Shown here: piece after piece, positions 49,356 through 60,784 of the stretch | How the letters are laid out: each line of letters opens with the position of its first letter | How positions within the stretch are numbered: position 1 is the first letter of the stretch | DNA from: Azolla caroliniana | Lineage: Eukaryota > Plantae > Polypodiophyta | Assembly: GCA_043228905.1 (NCBI GenBank) | Contig: JBHGNT010000020.1 | Location: 3,720,001-3,784,000 of the forward strand | Direction of reading: 5' to 3' | DNA length: 64,000 nucleotides | The notes under the pieces: model-generated | Told to the model about the DNA's origin: nothing | The model's input: only the letters and a program-made list of their open reading frames with translations | The model's database searches: none | Translations under genes and position numbers: made by a program

Positions 49356-50224
49356 GCGTTCTACCACATATGGATCCCGCATTACGCTCACGTCGTGGAG
49401 CCGTTATACGGGTTGCTGAAAAGGGGGCGAAGATTCGAGTGGAGAGACGAGCATTCGGAGTCTGTCTGGAAGATGAAGGAAGCACTTGCCGCGGCTCCGG
49501 CGCTCCGAAAGGCTGTCTACGGAAAGAGCACTCCAATTTACGTAACGGTAGACACGAGTCCGACCGGGATCGGATGGGTCGTCAACCAAGAGGACGAGGA
49601 TGACATGCGTTTCCTGATCCGGTTCGGCGCGAAGGTCCTCAGCGAGCGACAACGAGGATACGCCTAGGTTAAACGCGAGCTCTGGGGTATCGTTTCGGCG
49701 GTAAAGGCCGATAAAAACTACCTGATCGGGGCAGAGGTAATTATCGAGACGGACTACCTGCCAATTCTTGGCATGGTTTCCGGATGCGCGACGCCGGACC
49801 TGGCAATGCTCAGGTGGATAGCGTACATCAAGTCCCTGAATCCGGAAATACGACACATTTCTGGGAAAGAAAATGCCATGGCCGACATGCTTTCAAGGGC
49901 GAGGTTCGAAAACGACGGCGGCATGGTTTCGGAGGACGAGGAAGTCGGTGTGGACTTCTTCAAGGCAGCTCACGTAACAACCGGTAGGGAATGCACTCCA
50001 ACGCTTAACGATTTCGACGAGAGCAAGTACGATGGGGAGTGGCTGTAGATCGGCGGGTTCCTGAAAACAATGACACCGGATGCGGCATGGTGTCAGGAAC
50101 TCTATTAAGGCAGAGAAGGAATTAGTACTAAAAGAAGGATTAGTACTATTGTTGGGGAATAGTACTAAGACAGAGAAGGATTAGTACTATGAGAGGTGTC
50201 GAACTTTGAGAGAAGGAATGAGTG

Positions 50225-50277
<53 letters not shown>

Positions 50278-50554
50278 GCGAAAGATATATGTATTATATG
50301 AAGGAAGATATACAACAGTAGTTAGAAGGCTTAAGACTGGCGTTGAACCAATTTGGTTCGAACTAATGCCTTGCGCCTCCTTTTATAGTGTCTTCAGGAA
50401 TACTCCTGAAGTTTCTAGAATGTTCCAGAGAAATCTGGAATATACATCAATTTCCAATAAAACCTAAATGAAAATAATATCCTTCAAATTACAATTCATA
50501 ACCTAATGGTAAAGTCTCGACCCGTGTAACAAAAGGTTATGGGTTCGAGTCTAG

Positions 50555-53500
50555 TTATGACACTATCCCCCCTTTAAAACGACGAGTTCCACGAGTCGTT
50601 TTGGATTGAGGACCCGGTTTCTCGGGATATCGTCGATGGAAGTCTTCTAGAAGAGCACGAGCATTGGTCACATTCTCGATCGGTTCCCAAGTACGCTCGC
50701 TGGGACTATATCCTAGCCAATCGACTAGCGAGGAGAGAACTATGAAACACCGGATGTATCCGAAGTTGCGGAGGTAGCTCGAGACGAAAAGCGACATCAT
50801 TAATCTTCCCGATAATACGGAAAGGACCTAATCGCCGATAATCCAACTTCTCACATGGGCGAGTAGTCTTGATGTGTCGTCGTAGCAGCCACACCCGATC
50901 TCCAATGTTAAAACTGGATGGAAGTCGATGACGATCTGCGTAGTCCTTGTGTGATTGTTGAGCTTGCTGGAGTTGAGTAGATAAATCCGCTGGTATCTTG
51001 CGTAACCGCTCCAAACGATCCTCCGCGCAAGGATTTGTGGACACTTCTGGGGTTTCAAGGATACACCACCGGGGATGATATCCCGTATAAGCGTAGAATG
51101 GCGTGACTTTAGTCGATGCGTGGATAGCGTTATTATAGGCAAATTCGGCGAACTGAAGAATATCTGCCAAGTCATCCTGATGATAGTTGAGAAAGCACCG
51201 CAGATACTGCTCCAGTGTTTGATTTGTTCGTTCGGCTTGACCGTCGGTTTGTGGGTGGTAGCCGGAGGAGAGGTTACAAGTGACCTTCAGCATTTTAAAA
51301 AGGTGCTTCCAGAATTTTGACACAAACTGGGGTCCACGATCGCTGATGATATTATCAGGGAGTCCATGATGCCGACATACTTCCCGCATGACAATTTCGG
51401 CGGTGTCTTCACTAGATATTTCTTTAGTACATGGTAAGAAATGAGCCATCTTCGTATATCGATCCACCACTGTGAGAATCGCACTGAATCCCTTAGAGAC
51501 TGGAAGATCTGTAATGAAGTCAAGAGCAATGGATTGCCATGGCTTGCTTGGAATTGGTAATGGTTCTAATAAACCATATGGATGATGTCTTGGCATTTTC
51601 GCTCTGCAGCATGTATCGCAAGTCCGAACAAAATCTTCGACAAATTGTCGCATACGGGGCCACCAGAATGATTGTTGTACTAAATCTAATGTTTTAGTAC
51701 TACCAAAATGTCCTGCTGTATATGTGTCATGGCAATTTTGTACTACTCGAAGGCGGCAAGAACCATTAGGAACATACAAAAGTTCTTTAAAGAAGAGTAA
51801 TCCATCACAGTATTTGAATTGCCGATAATCCGTACCTGGTGATTGTGATTGTGAACATGACGCTCGAGAGGGGTCAATTTGTGCTAGTATAGCTTGGGCG
51901 AAAGCGTCAGTCTTCAAGTCCTCACGTATAGTATTGGTAATGTCGGAATCCACGGGTATGTCAAAGACCTGTGCTGCTTGCAGTCGTGCTGGACCCAAGA
52001 TTACTTGCTTCTTGTTATCGAAAGCTGGCTCACCGGGACGTGGTGTTAGATACGAACGCCGTGATAATGCATCTGCCTTCCCTTGGTGCTTCCCCGGACG
52101 GTATGTAATTTTGAAGTCGAAGCGTGTGAGGAAGTGGGCCCACCGAGCTTGACGTCGATTCAGTACACGAGCATCTTGAAAGTAGGCAAGGTTCTTGTGG
52201 TCACTGAATACAGTGACCTGATGAGGAGATCCCTCCAGGAAATGCCTCCATTGCATAAAAGAATCAACTATTGCTAATAGCTCTTTATCATGAATTTCGT
52301 AGTTGATTTCGGCGGCGTCAAACTTACGGGAGTGGAAAGCCACAGGATGTAGCTTCTCGTCGTTACCCTGTTGTGACAGAATGCTCCCCAATGCGAAATC
52401 CGATGCGTCAGCTTCGATAATGAATGGTTTTTCCGGATCCACATGACCTAAAATTGGAGCTGATGTAAACGCCTTCTTAAGACTCTCGAAAGCCATGTCC
52501 GTCTCTTTAGACCAAATGAATGATTGTCCCTTCCTGGTGAGCTGTGTGAGAGGCAGCACAATTTTTGAGTAATTTTGTATGAACTTCCGGTAAAAATTTG
52601 CAAAGCCTAGGAAGCATTGCACATCCCGCACCGAATGCGGAGTGTGCCATTCTATCACCGTTTTGACCTTGGCTGGGTCCATAGATATGCCTTCTGAGGA
52701 GATGACATAGCCGAGAAATTCCACTTGGTTGCACCCGAAACTACATTTCTCTAACTTTGCATACAGACCATGTTCTCGAAGTCGTTTTAGTACTAATAGT
52801 ACATGAGAATCATGTTCTTCTTGGGTCTTTGAATAAACCAGTAGATCATCCAAATAGATGATCAAAAAATCATCCAAGAGATCTCGAAATATATCATTCG
52901 CCATGTGCTGGAAGACTGTCGGCGCATTAGTGAGTCCGAACGGCATGACCGTATACTCGAAGTGCCCATATCTGGTGCGAAACGCGGTCTTCCATTAATC
53001 TCCTGGTCGAATCCGTACGAGGTTATAGGCTCCTCGTAAGTCGATCTTCGTGAAGAACCTGGCACCGTTGATCCATTCTAAAAGACTTGAGATAAGGGGA
53101 AGAGCATACCTATTTCTTACTGTGACCTTATTCAAGCCACGGTAATCTACAACGAGTCGAAGCGAGCCATCTTTTTTCTTGACGAAGAAAATGGGTGCGC
53201 CGGCTGGAGATTTCGAATGCCGAATGAAACCGTTCTCCAAATTCTCCTCTATATAGGCTCGAAGGACTTCTAGCTCGGTTGGTGACAAATTGTAGATCGG
53301 CCCCCATGGCGGCTCTTTTCCCGGTTGTAAGTCGATGGCGCAATCGTACGGCCGATGATGAGGAAGTGTGTTGGCTTGTACTTTATCGAACACATCAGCA
53401 TACTGACGATACTTCTCGGGAAGTTGAACGGTGGACTCCTCTTTGGTGGTGTTGGAGGGTTGTACTGATATTGCGAAGAGAAACATTTCCTCCTTGCGCC

Positions 53501-54020
53501 CTTCCTCACGCAACTGACGTAGCGAAATGGTTGCAACCTTCTGGGTAGGTCCTTGGGTTTGTTGCAACCGGATTTCCCTTGTCCTCCAATCTATGTCTGG
53601 GTTATGTAACTCGAACCATGGTAATCCTAAAACTATGGGGTGTTCTGGAATACTAATAATATTAAATGATACTACACATGTTAAGTTATCTAGGACAATA
53701 TTAACGGGTTCCGACTCTTCTATGATATTACCAGAAGCAATGGGACGACCATCAATGACTACTACTGAGGCTGGACATGGGAGCTTTCTGAGAGATATCT
53801 GATGAGCTCGGGCAAAATTCCTATCCATGAAGCAAGAATTAGCTCCGGAATCTAGAAGGGCTAAGGTATGTACTGGAGGGGTACTTTTAGTACTAACTGC
53901 TACTTGGGCTACGAACACATCACTAACTTGCTTAGAGGGAATGGAACCACTAATGGGCTGCACAGATCTAGGGCTGTCCAACCAAACGGCTCCTATTTTG
54001 GCTGGACTTAGTCGTTTAAC
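50555..54020 (-). pseudogene. pol: Chromovirus H pol (PR-RT-RH-IN-chromodomain), one stop and a deletion before the chromodomain
   Basis: LLDSGA, KIDLRGAY, YLDD, DASD, DFIT, SDRG, GPF motifs. Confidence 0.93.
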
Positions 54021-55177
54021 TCTTCTTCTAATTGGCTAAGGACATCAAATTTGTTTGCGAGATTCGGACTATTAGTACTATTAGGACTATTATGACTATG
54101 AGGACTATCAGAGATTCCTACTGAAATAGACTCGGGTTTAGTATAATCAGAACTAACAACGACTTGGTTTACCTGCCTTCTTGGTCTATGGGGACAGTTT
54201 ATCGCGATATGCCCTGGTCCACCGCAATAAAGGAATAATCGGTTTGTTCGGCGTCGTTGCTTTTCCTCCTCCGATAGCGGCCCACGACGACGTGTAGTGT
54301 CAATTTCCATTGGAGTTGGAGTACTTACTGGAGGCGCATTATGTGACTCCCTTTGAAAAGGTTTTGCTACCACTGAGGCATAGGTAGGCTCGGATCTTGC
54401 CCTCGGCATCTGAAATTGTCGTTCCGAACGTCGCTCGAAGAGGCGGTTGTCACATCTGACCGCTCGACTGATTGCTTCTGTTAATGATTTTGGCTCTTCA
54501 GGGAAAGTTAAGAGTAAATCCTTGACATCGTTGCGTAGACCATAGCGGAACTGCTCCATCAATGCTTGATCATCCCAGGGGATATCGGCGGCGAGTAGGC
54601 GGAAATCTGCAGCATATGCGGAGGCTGGACGGTCACCTTGGCGTAATCGCCGGATTTTGTTGATTGCAGTCCTTATGCTGTCAGTATCTCCAAAACATGC
54701 TTTAAACTCACTTATGAATTCTTCAAAATTATTTAGTACTGGAGATTCCTTTTCTAGTAGCGGAGCGAACCATGCTAATGTTGAGCCATTTAACAACGTG
54801 CCTACTAAACCCACTCGTGATGCATCGGTGGGATATCGGGACGGATGCATTTGAATAACTAACCGTACCTGGTTAAGAAACCCTCTAAACTGCGATCGCG
54901 TTCCATCGAACTTCGTGGGAAGGCCAATCTTGGGTTCTTTATGAATCCCTTGTGCTCCGTGCCCTTGTTGTTGCATTGCTACGATGGTTGCTTCGAGTTG
55001 TTGCACGCGTAACGCAAGTTCCCCATGCTGTTGTTGCGTTTGCTGCTTTTCTAAGGAAATTTGCTGAAGATCCCCCAACAAGTGTTGATTTTCTTGTTCC
55101 AAAGCATGAAACTTCTCTTTCAAGCATTGAAATTCCGAGAAAACGGATTGATACTCTTCAGCGCTAACGGTGGCCAT
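54008..55177 (-). CDS. gag: Chromovirus H Gag (PEG10/Sushi-like capsid, degenerate CCHC)
   Basis: Intact 389-aa ORF; PTKFDGTR, PMEID, LYCGGPGHIAINCP. Confidence 0.9.
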   Translation of the reverse strand: MATVSAEEYQSVFSEFQCLKEKFHALEQENQHLLGDLQQISLEKQQTQQQHGELALRVQQLEATIVAMQQQGHGAQGIHKEPKIGLPTKFDGTRSQFRGFLNQVRLVIQMHPSRYPTDASRVGLVGTLLNGSTLAWFAPLLEKESPVLNNFEEFISEFKACFGDTDSIRTAINKIRRLRQGDRPASAYAADFRLLAADIPWDDQALMEQFRYGLRNDVKDLLLTFPEEPKSLTEAISRAVRCDNRLFERRSERQFQMPRARSEPTYASVVAKPFQRESHNAPPVSTPTPMEIDTTRRRGPLSEEEKQRRRTNRLFLYCGGPGHIAINCPHRPRRQVNQVVVSSDYTKPESISVGISDSPHSHNSPNSTNSPNLANKFDVLSQLEEELND

Positions 55178-55389
55178 GGGATGAAGGAAAAGGGAAATAA
55201 GAGACTAGTAGGAAAGGAGGGAGAGAAAAGACCAGACAGCAAAATCGGTTCAAACTGTCAGGAACTCTATTAAGGCAGAGAAGGAATTAGTACTAAAAGA
55301 AGGATTAGTACTATTGTTGGGGAATAGTACTAAGACAGAGAAGGATTAGTACTATGAGAGGTGTCGAACTTTGAGAGAAGGAATGAGTG

Positions 55390-55438
<49 letters not shown>

Positions 55439-57781
55439 GCGAAAGATATATGTATTATATGAAGGAAGATATACAACAGTAGTTAGAAGGCTTAAGACTG
55501 GCGTTGAACCGATTTGGTTCGAACTAATGCCTTGCGCCTCCTTTTATAGTGTCTTCAGGAATACTCCTGAAGTTTCTAGAATGTTCCAGAGAAATCTGGA
55601 ATATACATCAATTTCCAATAAAACCTAAATGAAAATAATATCCTTCAAATTACAATTCATAACCTAATGGTAAAGTCTCGACCCGTGTAACAAAAGGTTA
55701 TGGGTTCGAGTCTAGTTATGACACATGGACGACGGATGAGGCCAACCGGATTCGGAAGAAACCCTACCGATTCTTTCTCCGGGACGGATACATATGGAAG
55801 CACCCGAAGAAGAGGAATGACATCCCACTCCGAGTGGTGGCAAAGAAGGAGGATCAGGAGGATTTGCTGGCGGTGTACCACGATAGCCCGTGGGCTGGAC
55901 ACCGTGGAACGTGGGCCACGTTCGAAAAGCTAAAGGGGAAGTACTAGTGGCCGGGACTATATCGGGACATGCATCGGTTCGTGACGACTTGCGAAAGCTG
56001 TCAGGTGCACTCCCTGATCCGACATCGGGATGAGCTTCACCCGACCTACCCTCCGACCGTCCACTTCAAGTGGATGGTGGATTTGGTGACGATGCCAATG
56101 GGGGTAGGACAGATGCGGTATCTGGTGCTGGCTCGGGAAGATCTAAGGAACCAGGTTGAAGGCCGAGCCCTGCAGAACAAGATGACGGCAGCCATGTGCC
56201 AGTTTTTGATTGAGGACGTAGTATGCCGATACGGGTGCGTAGGGAAGATCGTGGCTGACCGTGGTGAGTTGGACGCAGAAGAGGCCGAAGAGCTGTTCGA
56301 CCGGCTAGGAGTCAAACTTTCGCTCACCACAACGTACAATCCGGAGGCGAACGGGAAGGTGGAGCGCGAACACGGGCCAATTGTCAAAGCGCTAGTACGG
56401 TCGTGCGGAGGCCGAGTCGGGGACTGGCCACGGCTGCTACCTTATGCCTTGTGGGCGGACCGGACTACGCATAGTTCGGTAACCGGGTTCATGCCGGCCG
56501 AGCTGATGTTCGGACAGAAGCCGATCATGCCAACAGAGCGAACGATCTCCTCGTGGGCCACGGTGGACTGGAGGGATGAGATGAGCCGGGAGGAACTGTT
56601 GGCGGCGCGGATTCGACAACTCGAGCGGAGACCGAAGGACGTAGAGCGAGCCACGGAGAAACTTCGGGTAGCGAGGATAAGGGACAAAGCCCGGTTCGAC
56701 CGAACACACCGGCTCCGGCCAAGGAAGATCGAGGAAGGCGACTGGGTGCTAGTCTATGACAGCAGCCTCGACAATCAGCACAGGGCCACGCGGAAGTTTG
56801 CGAGGAGGTGGTTCGGGCCTTACGTAGTAACAGGCGCCAACGGCAATGGCACGTACCATCTCGCGGAGCTCGACGGTACGAGAATGGCGATACCGGTAGC
56901 GGGGAAGAGGATCAAATCATTCAAGAAACGACACGACGATGAGCCGGAGCTAGGGGGCATGGATAGCGACGACGAGCAGCCCGAGGCGGAGAATGAACCG
57001 GTAAACGAGGAATTAAAACGGGGATCGGTTTTCTCCCATAGAACCGAGTTTTGGCGCATACCGGTGGATGCGCAGTTACGTGGGGGCGGATGTCGTGAAG
57101 AAAACCGTCCCCAGGCGCAAACCGTGTATAGTGTGTGTGAACCAGCCCTTACACGTGGGCACGTCCCTTGTCGTACAGTAGATAGGGAGGCACAAAGGTT
57201 AAATCCTAGGTAGCAATATTCTGTAAGGGAAATCGAGGAGTATCTCTGTCCGAAAGGACAGAGAATTAATGTGATGTAAACGGGTAAGACGGCCTCCCTC
57301 CTTGAGCTATAAAAGAGAGGTAGACGGGGAGAGAAGGGTATCGTGCGCTAGAGGGAACGAAGTGTTGTCGGACTGGGACCGAGCTCTTCTTCCCTATTGT
57401 TCCCCATAGCCTTCTTTTGCGCAGGCTCTCAAGAGGCTGATTCTGCTCCGTGGAACGCCCGTGTGCTTCCGGCAAAATCTCCATCTCGCTCTTCTGTTTG
57501 TGTGAGTGAACAGGCTTCGGTGTTTGCCTTGCCGTCCTGTTAGTTGTAACCGTCTCGATATATATACTTATATTAATATACATACGTGTTCATATACTCG
57601 GACTTCTAGTCGTCTCGTTTTGCTGTGTTGTTGGACTGTGATTCCTATGTGCTCCCGTGTCTGTGCGTGTGTAAGAGCATCTGTTGCCTTTCCGCTCTCC
57701 TCCTTCTCAGCTATTTCTCGGTCCAAGACCCCGGTGGTCCCGCCTTGTTCCCCATGCACGCACGTAACAACGCGACAGCGC

Positions 57782-59562
57782 GCGGTCCTCCCGGTCCTTC
57801 TGTTAACGGAGTTCTTCCTTCAGCCTTTCAATTTTCGTCTCCGCCATCTGTCGCAGCTTGTCTTTCTCCTGTAGCAATTTCTCTTTTTCCTCCTTTAGCC
57901 GGTCGTACGCGTGATGTCCTTTATGTAGGTTTTCCTCTGCCTGGCGGAGCTTCTCAGCAATCTTTTTTAATTCTTCTTCGACCGCCTTCTTCAAGTCGCG
58001 TTCGCGGCTCCGTAATGCTTCTTGTGTGGCAAGTTCATCACGTAATTCCGCAAGCTCTTGGGCTTGTGCCGCATCTTTCTCCGGGACAGTTTCTGTCTCC
58101 GGGGTCTTATTCATATGTACATCAACCGGAGTCACCGGTGCTTGGATCTGCTTGCAGTTAAGGCCATTTTGGCAATGTCTCCTGTGATCCAATCCAAGTC
58201 TTGTTCGAGGCACTGGATCCTTGACGGGGCCGTCTCCAGTTCATCGGTTGTGACGAGCAACCGTTCCGTTTGCGCTCTTTCTTCTGCCTCTATGCATCCG
58301 ACTACTCCGGCAATTTGTTCTCCTATCCACTGGAGCCATTGGTTGTTGGTGCACTGTTGTTGCGTCTGCACGGCGGGTTGGCTGATGGGTTCACTTGCCG
58401 GTGGCTGGTCCCGCCTTACTGCGTCGAGCTGCACTTCTGGTTCTGCCTGCTGACCACTTTGTTGTTTCGGCTCTAGGTGTGTTTCGGCTAGCTGCCCCTT
58501 GTCTGCTTATTCTTGGCCGGATGAGGAGGTTTGCCTTTGTATAACCGGCTCTTGAGTTATGGGGCTTGCCGATGCTGCCTGTTGTGCAGGAACTTCTGTG
58601 ACCGGTTCCATCCGAACCGGTTCCAGTGCCTCCCTTGGCGTGGGATGCTCAGTGTGAGTTGCGGGCGTTCCATCCTTCTGTGGGTCTGAACGCTTCCCAG
58701 CTGATTTAGCGGTGCTCTTCACCGGCCGCCGCTGGGGGTACACCGTGGGTTCTTCCTCCATTTCCTCCGCCTGAGTCCCGGCATTCATTCTTGCCGCCAG
58801 GGTGTCCGTTTCTTGCTGCACCGGTCAGTGGAGTGGGCTCTTCAGGGGCCGTGTCGGTGTCTCCTCGTGTATGTCTATCGGCCGCTTCCGGCAAGCGTGC
58901 TCCTTTGCCGCCTTCTCTACATCGTCCGTCTTCCCCTTAGTGGCCTTGGAGGCCAACAGCTGTTGTCGTTTCGAAGCAGGTTTCGGGGTGCCGTTTGTTG
59001 CTCTTCCCCGCTTCTTGGTCTGGACGGGCTCGACCAGTGGCGCCAATAGGGTGAGGCATTGAGTCACCGCATGCTATATTTTTCAGCCTTCCTTGCCGTC
59101 CTTTCCTCTTACGATATCAATCACTATACACAACCCGTCGGCGATCAGCACCGGCCAATCCACCTTGACCCCTTCGTACGTCGCGATAATCAAGCCTGCT
59201 CGGTTTTGAGGCATAATGGGGGGTCGAGGGTATACGTGGCTGAACTCATGGAGTACATGGGCAATTTCGTGGAATAACATATCTTCGCCGCCCTGTGTCC
59301 TATAGCCTTTGCTGGCGAGAGAATACTCACCGAAATATTTGATGAGTTGCTCAGAGGTAGGATTGTCGATCGTGTAGATGCCCCCCTCCAGAAGGCCTGT
59401 TAACGCACGGATTGCCTCCTCCGTGATCACCTTTGTGTCGATTTCTTTGATAATCTTTTCGGCCTCCTTGTGTGGCGCCGCCTCCATAATCGTCAAGAAA
59501 CCCTCCAATCCGTGTTGCCGTAGCCATTTCTTGGCGGCTTCAGACAGTGTTTGGCAGTCCAT
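57782..59562 (-). pseudogene. N-terminal part of the Gypsy D extra ORF
   Basis: LSEAAKKWLRQHGLEGFL...YFGEYS...VDWP aligns with C VSEELRLWLHERNLQGFI...YFGEYS...FNWP. Confidence 0.8.
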
Positions 59563-60784
59563 CTCTGTGTCGAGGTCGAAGAGCGTTGGCGACGTTTGAT
59601 GGTGGGGAGAGTGTGAGAGAGAAAGTTCTAAGTGAGTGGGTTCTCTGTGCGCGAGCTCTCTACGATTGATCTTCACGTGTCTGTCTCCGTCTGTTCTCCT
59701 TGGTTCGCGAAAGGAGAAGGTCTCGATGCGTGGGGGTTTTTCTCTCTGCATCTTGGCGCCTTTTTTGAGCCTCCGCATGTGCAGGTCGTGTACTATAATA
59801 GTATTGCGTGCCATGTGGCGATGGTTTAATGTCCTATTCATAGCCTCCTCATACCTTTTCGACGTGCCTCTTTACTCCTCGTTTGCATGGCCGTTTCCAC
59901 CACTCCTTTCCATGATTTCTTTGATTCGCTTTTTCTTCTCTTCTTTTCTTTTTCTTTTTTTTTGTAAAATTAATTGTGTGGTTAATTTTTCTCCGGTCCT
60001 GTCAAACCCTTACCCGAAACACGCAACTTGCCGGTCTCTTGACGGTTTGCCGTCGTTTTGCTTTCCTCCTTACCGGCTTGGTGGTAGTCGTTTTCCTCAC
60101 GGGTTGTCGTCGTGGTTGGCCTGCCGTCATCTGATTCGGTGGCAGCCCTTTGTTCAAATGGGTTCTTGGGCATAGGTCCTTTAGTCTAAATCCATTGACC
60201 CATTTACCCAGCACCTCGCCGGCAAGTGTCCCTAACTGGTAGGATCCATTGAACTCGCGTGTGATCCAGTACGGTCCGGTCCATCTAAACCGTAGTTTGC
60301 CTGGCATTTTACCCATCCGGGTCTGGAACACTAGTACCGGTTTGCCGATTTCGAACATTTTTTCGTTTCCCTTCCAGTGCCGATTTACAAACGCCTTCCG
60401 TCGCTGTTGTTCCAATTCCAGGTGCATGATGCTCGCCAGTCAGTGTTCTTCTAGTTCACACAGAGTCTTTAACCAAATTGCCTCCGATTCCTTTTCATTA
60501 AGTCGTTCCCTAATCTGGATCCGTAAGCTCGGTACCTGGAACTCGACCGGCATGACTGCCTCTAATCCGAATGCTAACCGGCACGACGTTGTTCGGATGC
60601 TTGTTTTCTACGTTGTCCGGTAAGCCCATAGCGCATTGTGCAGCTTCATGTCCCAATCTGTCCGATTTTCATTGACGATCTTGTGTAGGATATTCTGTAG
60701 CGTTTTGTTTGTTGACTCAGCTAATCCGTTGGCTTGTGGGTAGTATGGGGTGCTCCGTTTATGTACTACCGCATAGAATGACGT

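Larger units (their letters stand above)
50091..55723 (-). mobile_element. Chromovirus H (Tcn1-like, predicted self-priming)
   Basis: LTRs 50091-50562 and 55256-55723; CATGG TSD; PPT AAAGGGGGGATAG 50563-50575; chromodomain WLGYSPSERTWEP. Confidence 0.93.
16877..57777 (+). mobile_element. Ty3/gypsy F (tRNA-Trp primed), complete but carrying nested E, G and H
   Basis: 687-bp LTRs 16877-17563 and 57091-57777; PBS TGGTGAACCCGACGTGA 17568-17584; G-rich PPT 57081-57090; 4-bp TSD GCGC. Confidence 0.93.
15422..60784 (-). mobile_element. Non-chromovirus Ty3/gypsy D (relative of C); own sequence 15422-16876 and 57778-60784; 5' part beyond Copia I and the window
   Basis: Integrase tail 60002-60784 (MGKMPGKLRFRWTGP) and extra ORF are homologous to C; 3' LTR 15422-15814 starts TGTTACCC like C. 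Confidence 0.85.

Noticed and set aside
50225-50273. (AG)n microsatellite and ERERE ORF
   Set aside because: Ordinary LTR microsatellite present in both H LTRs
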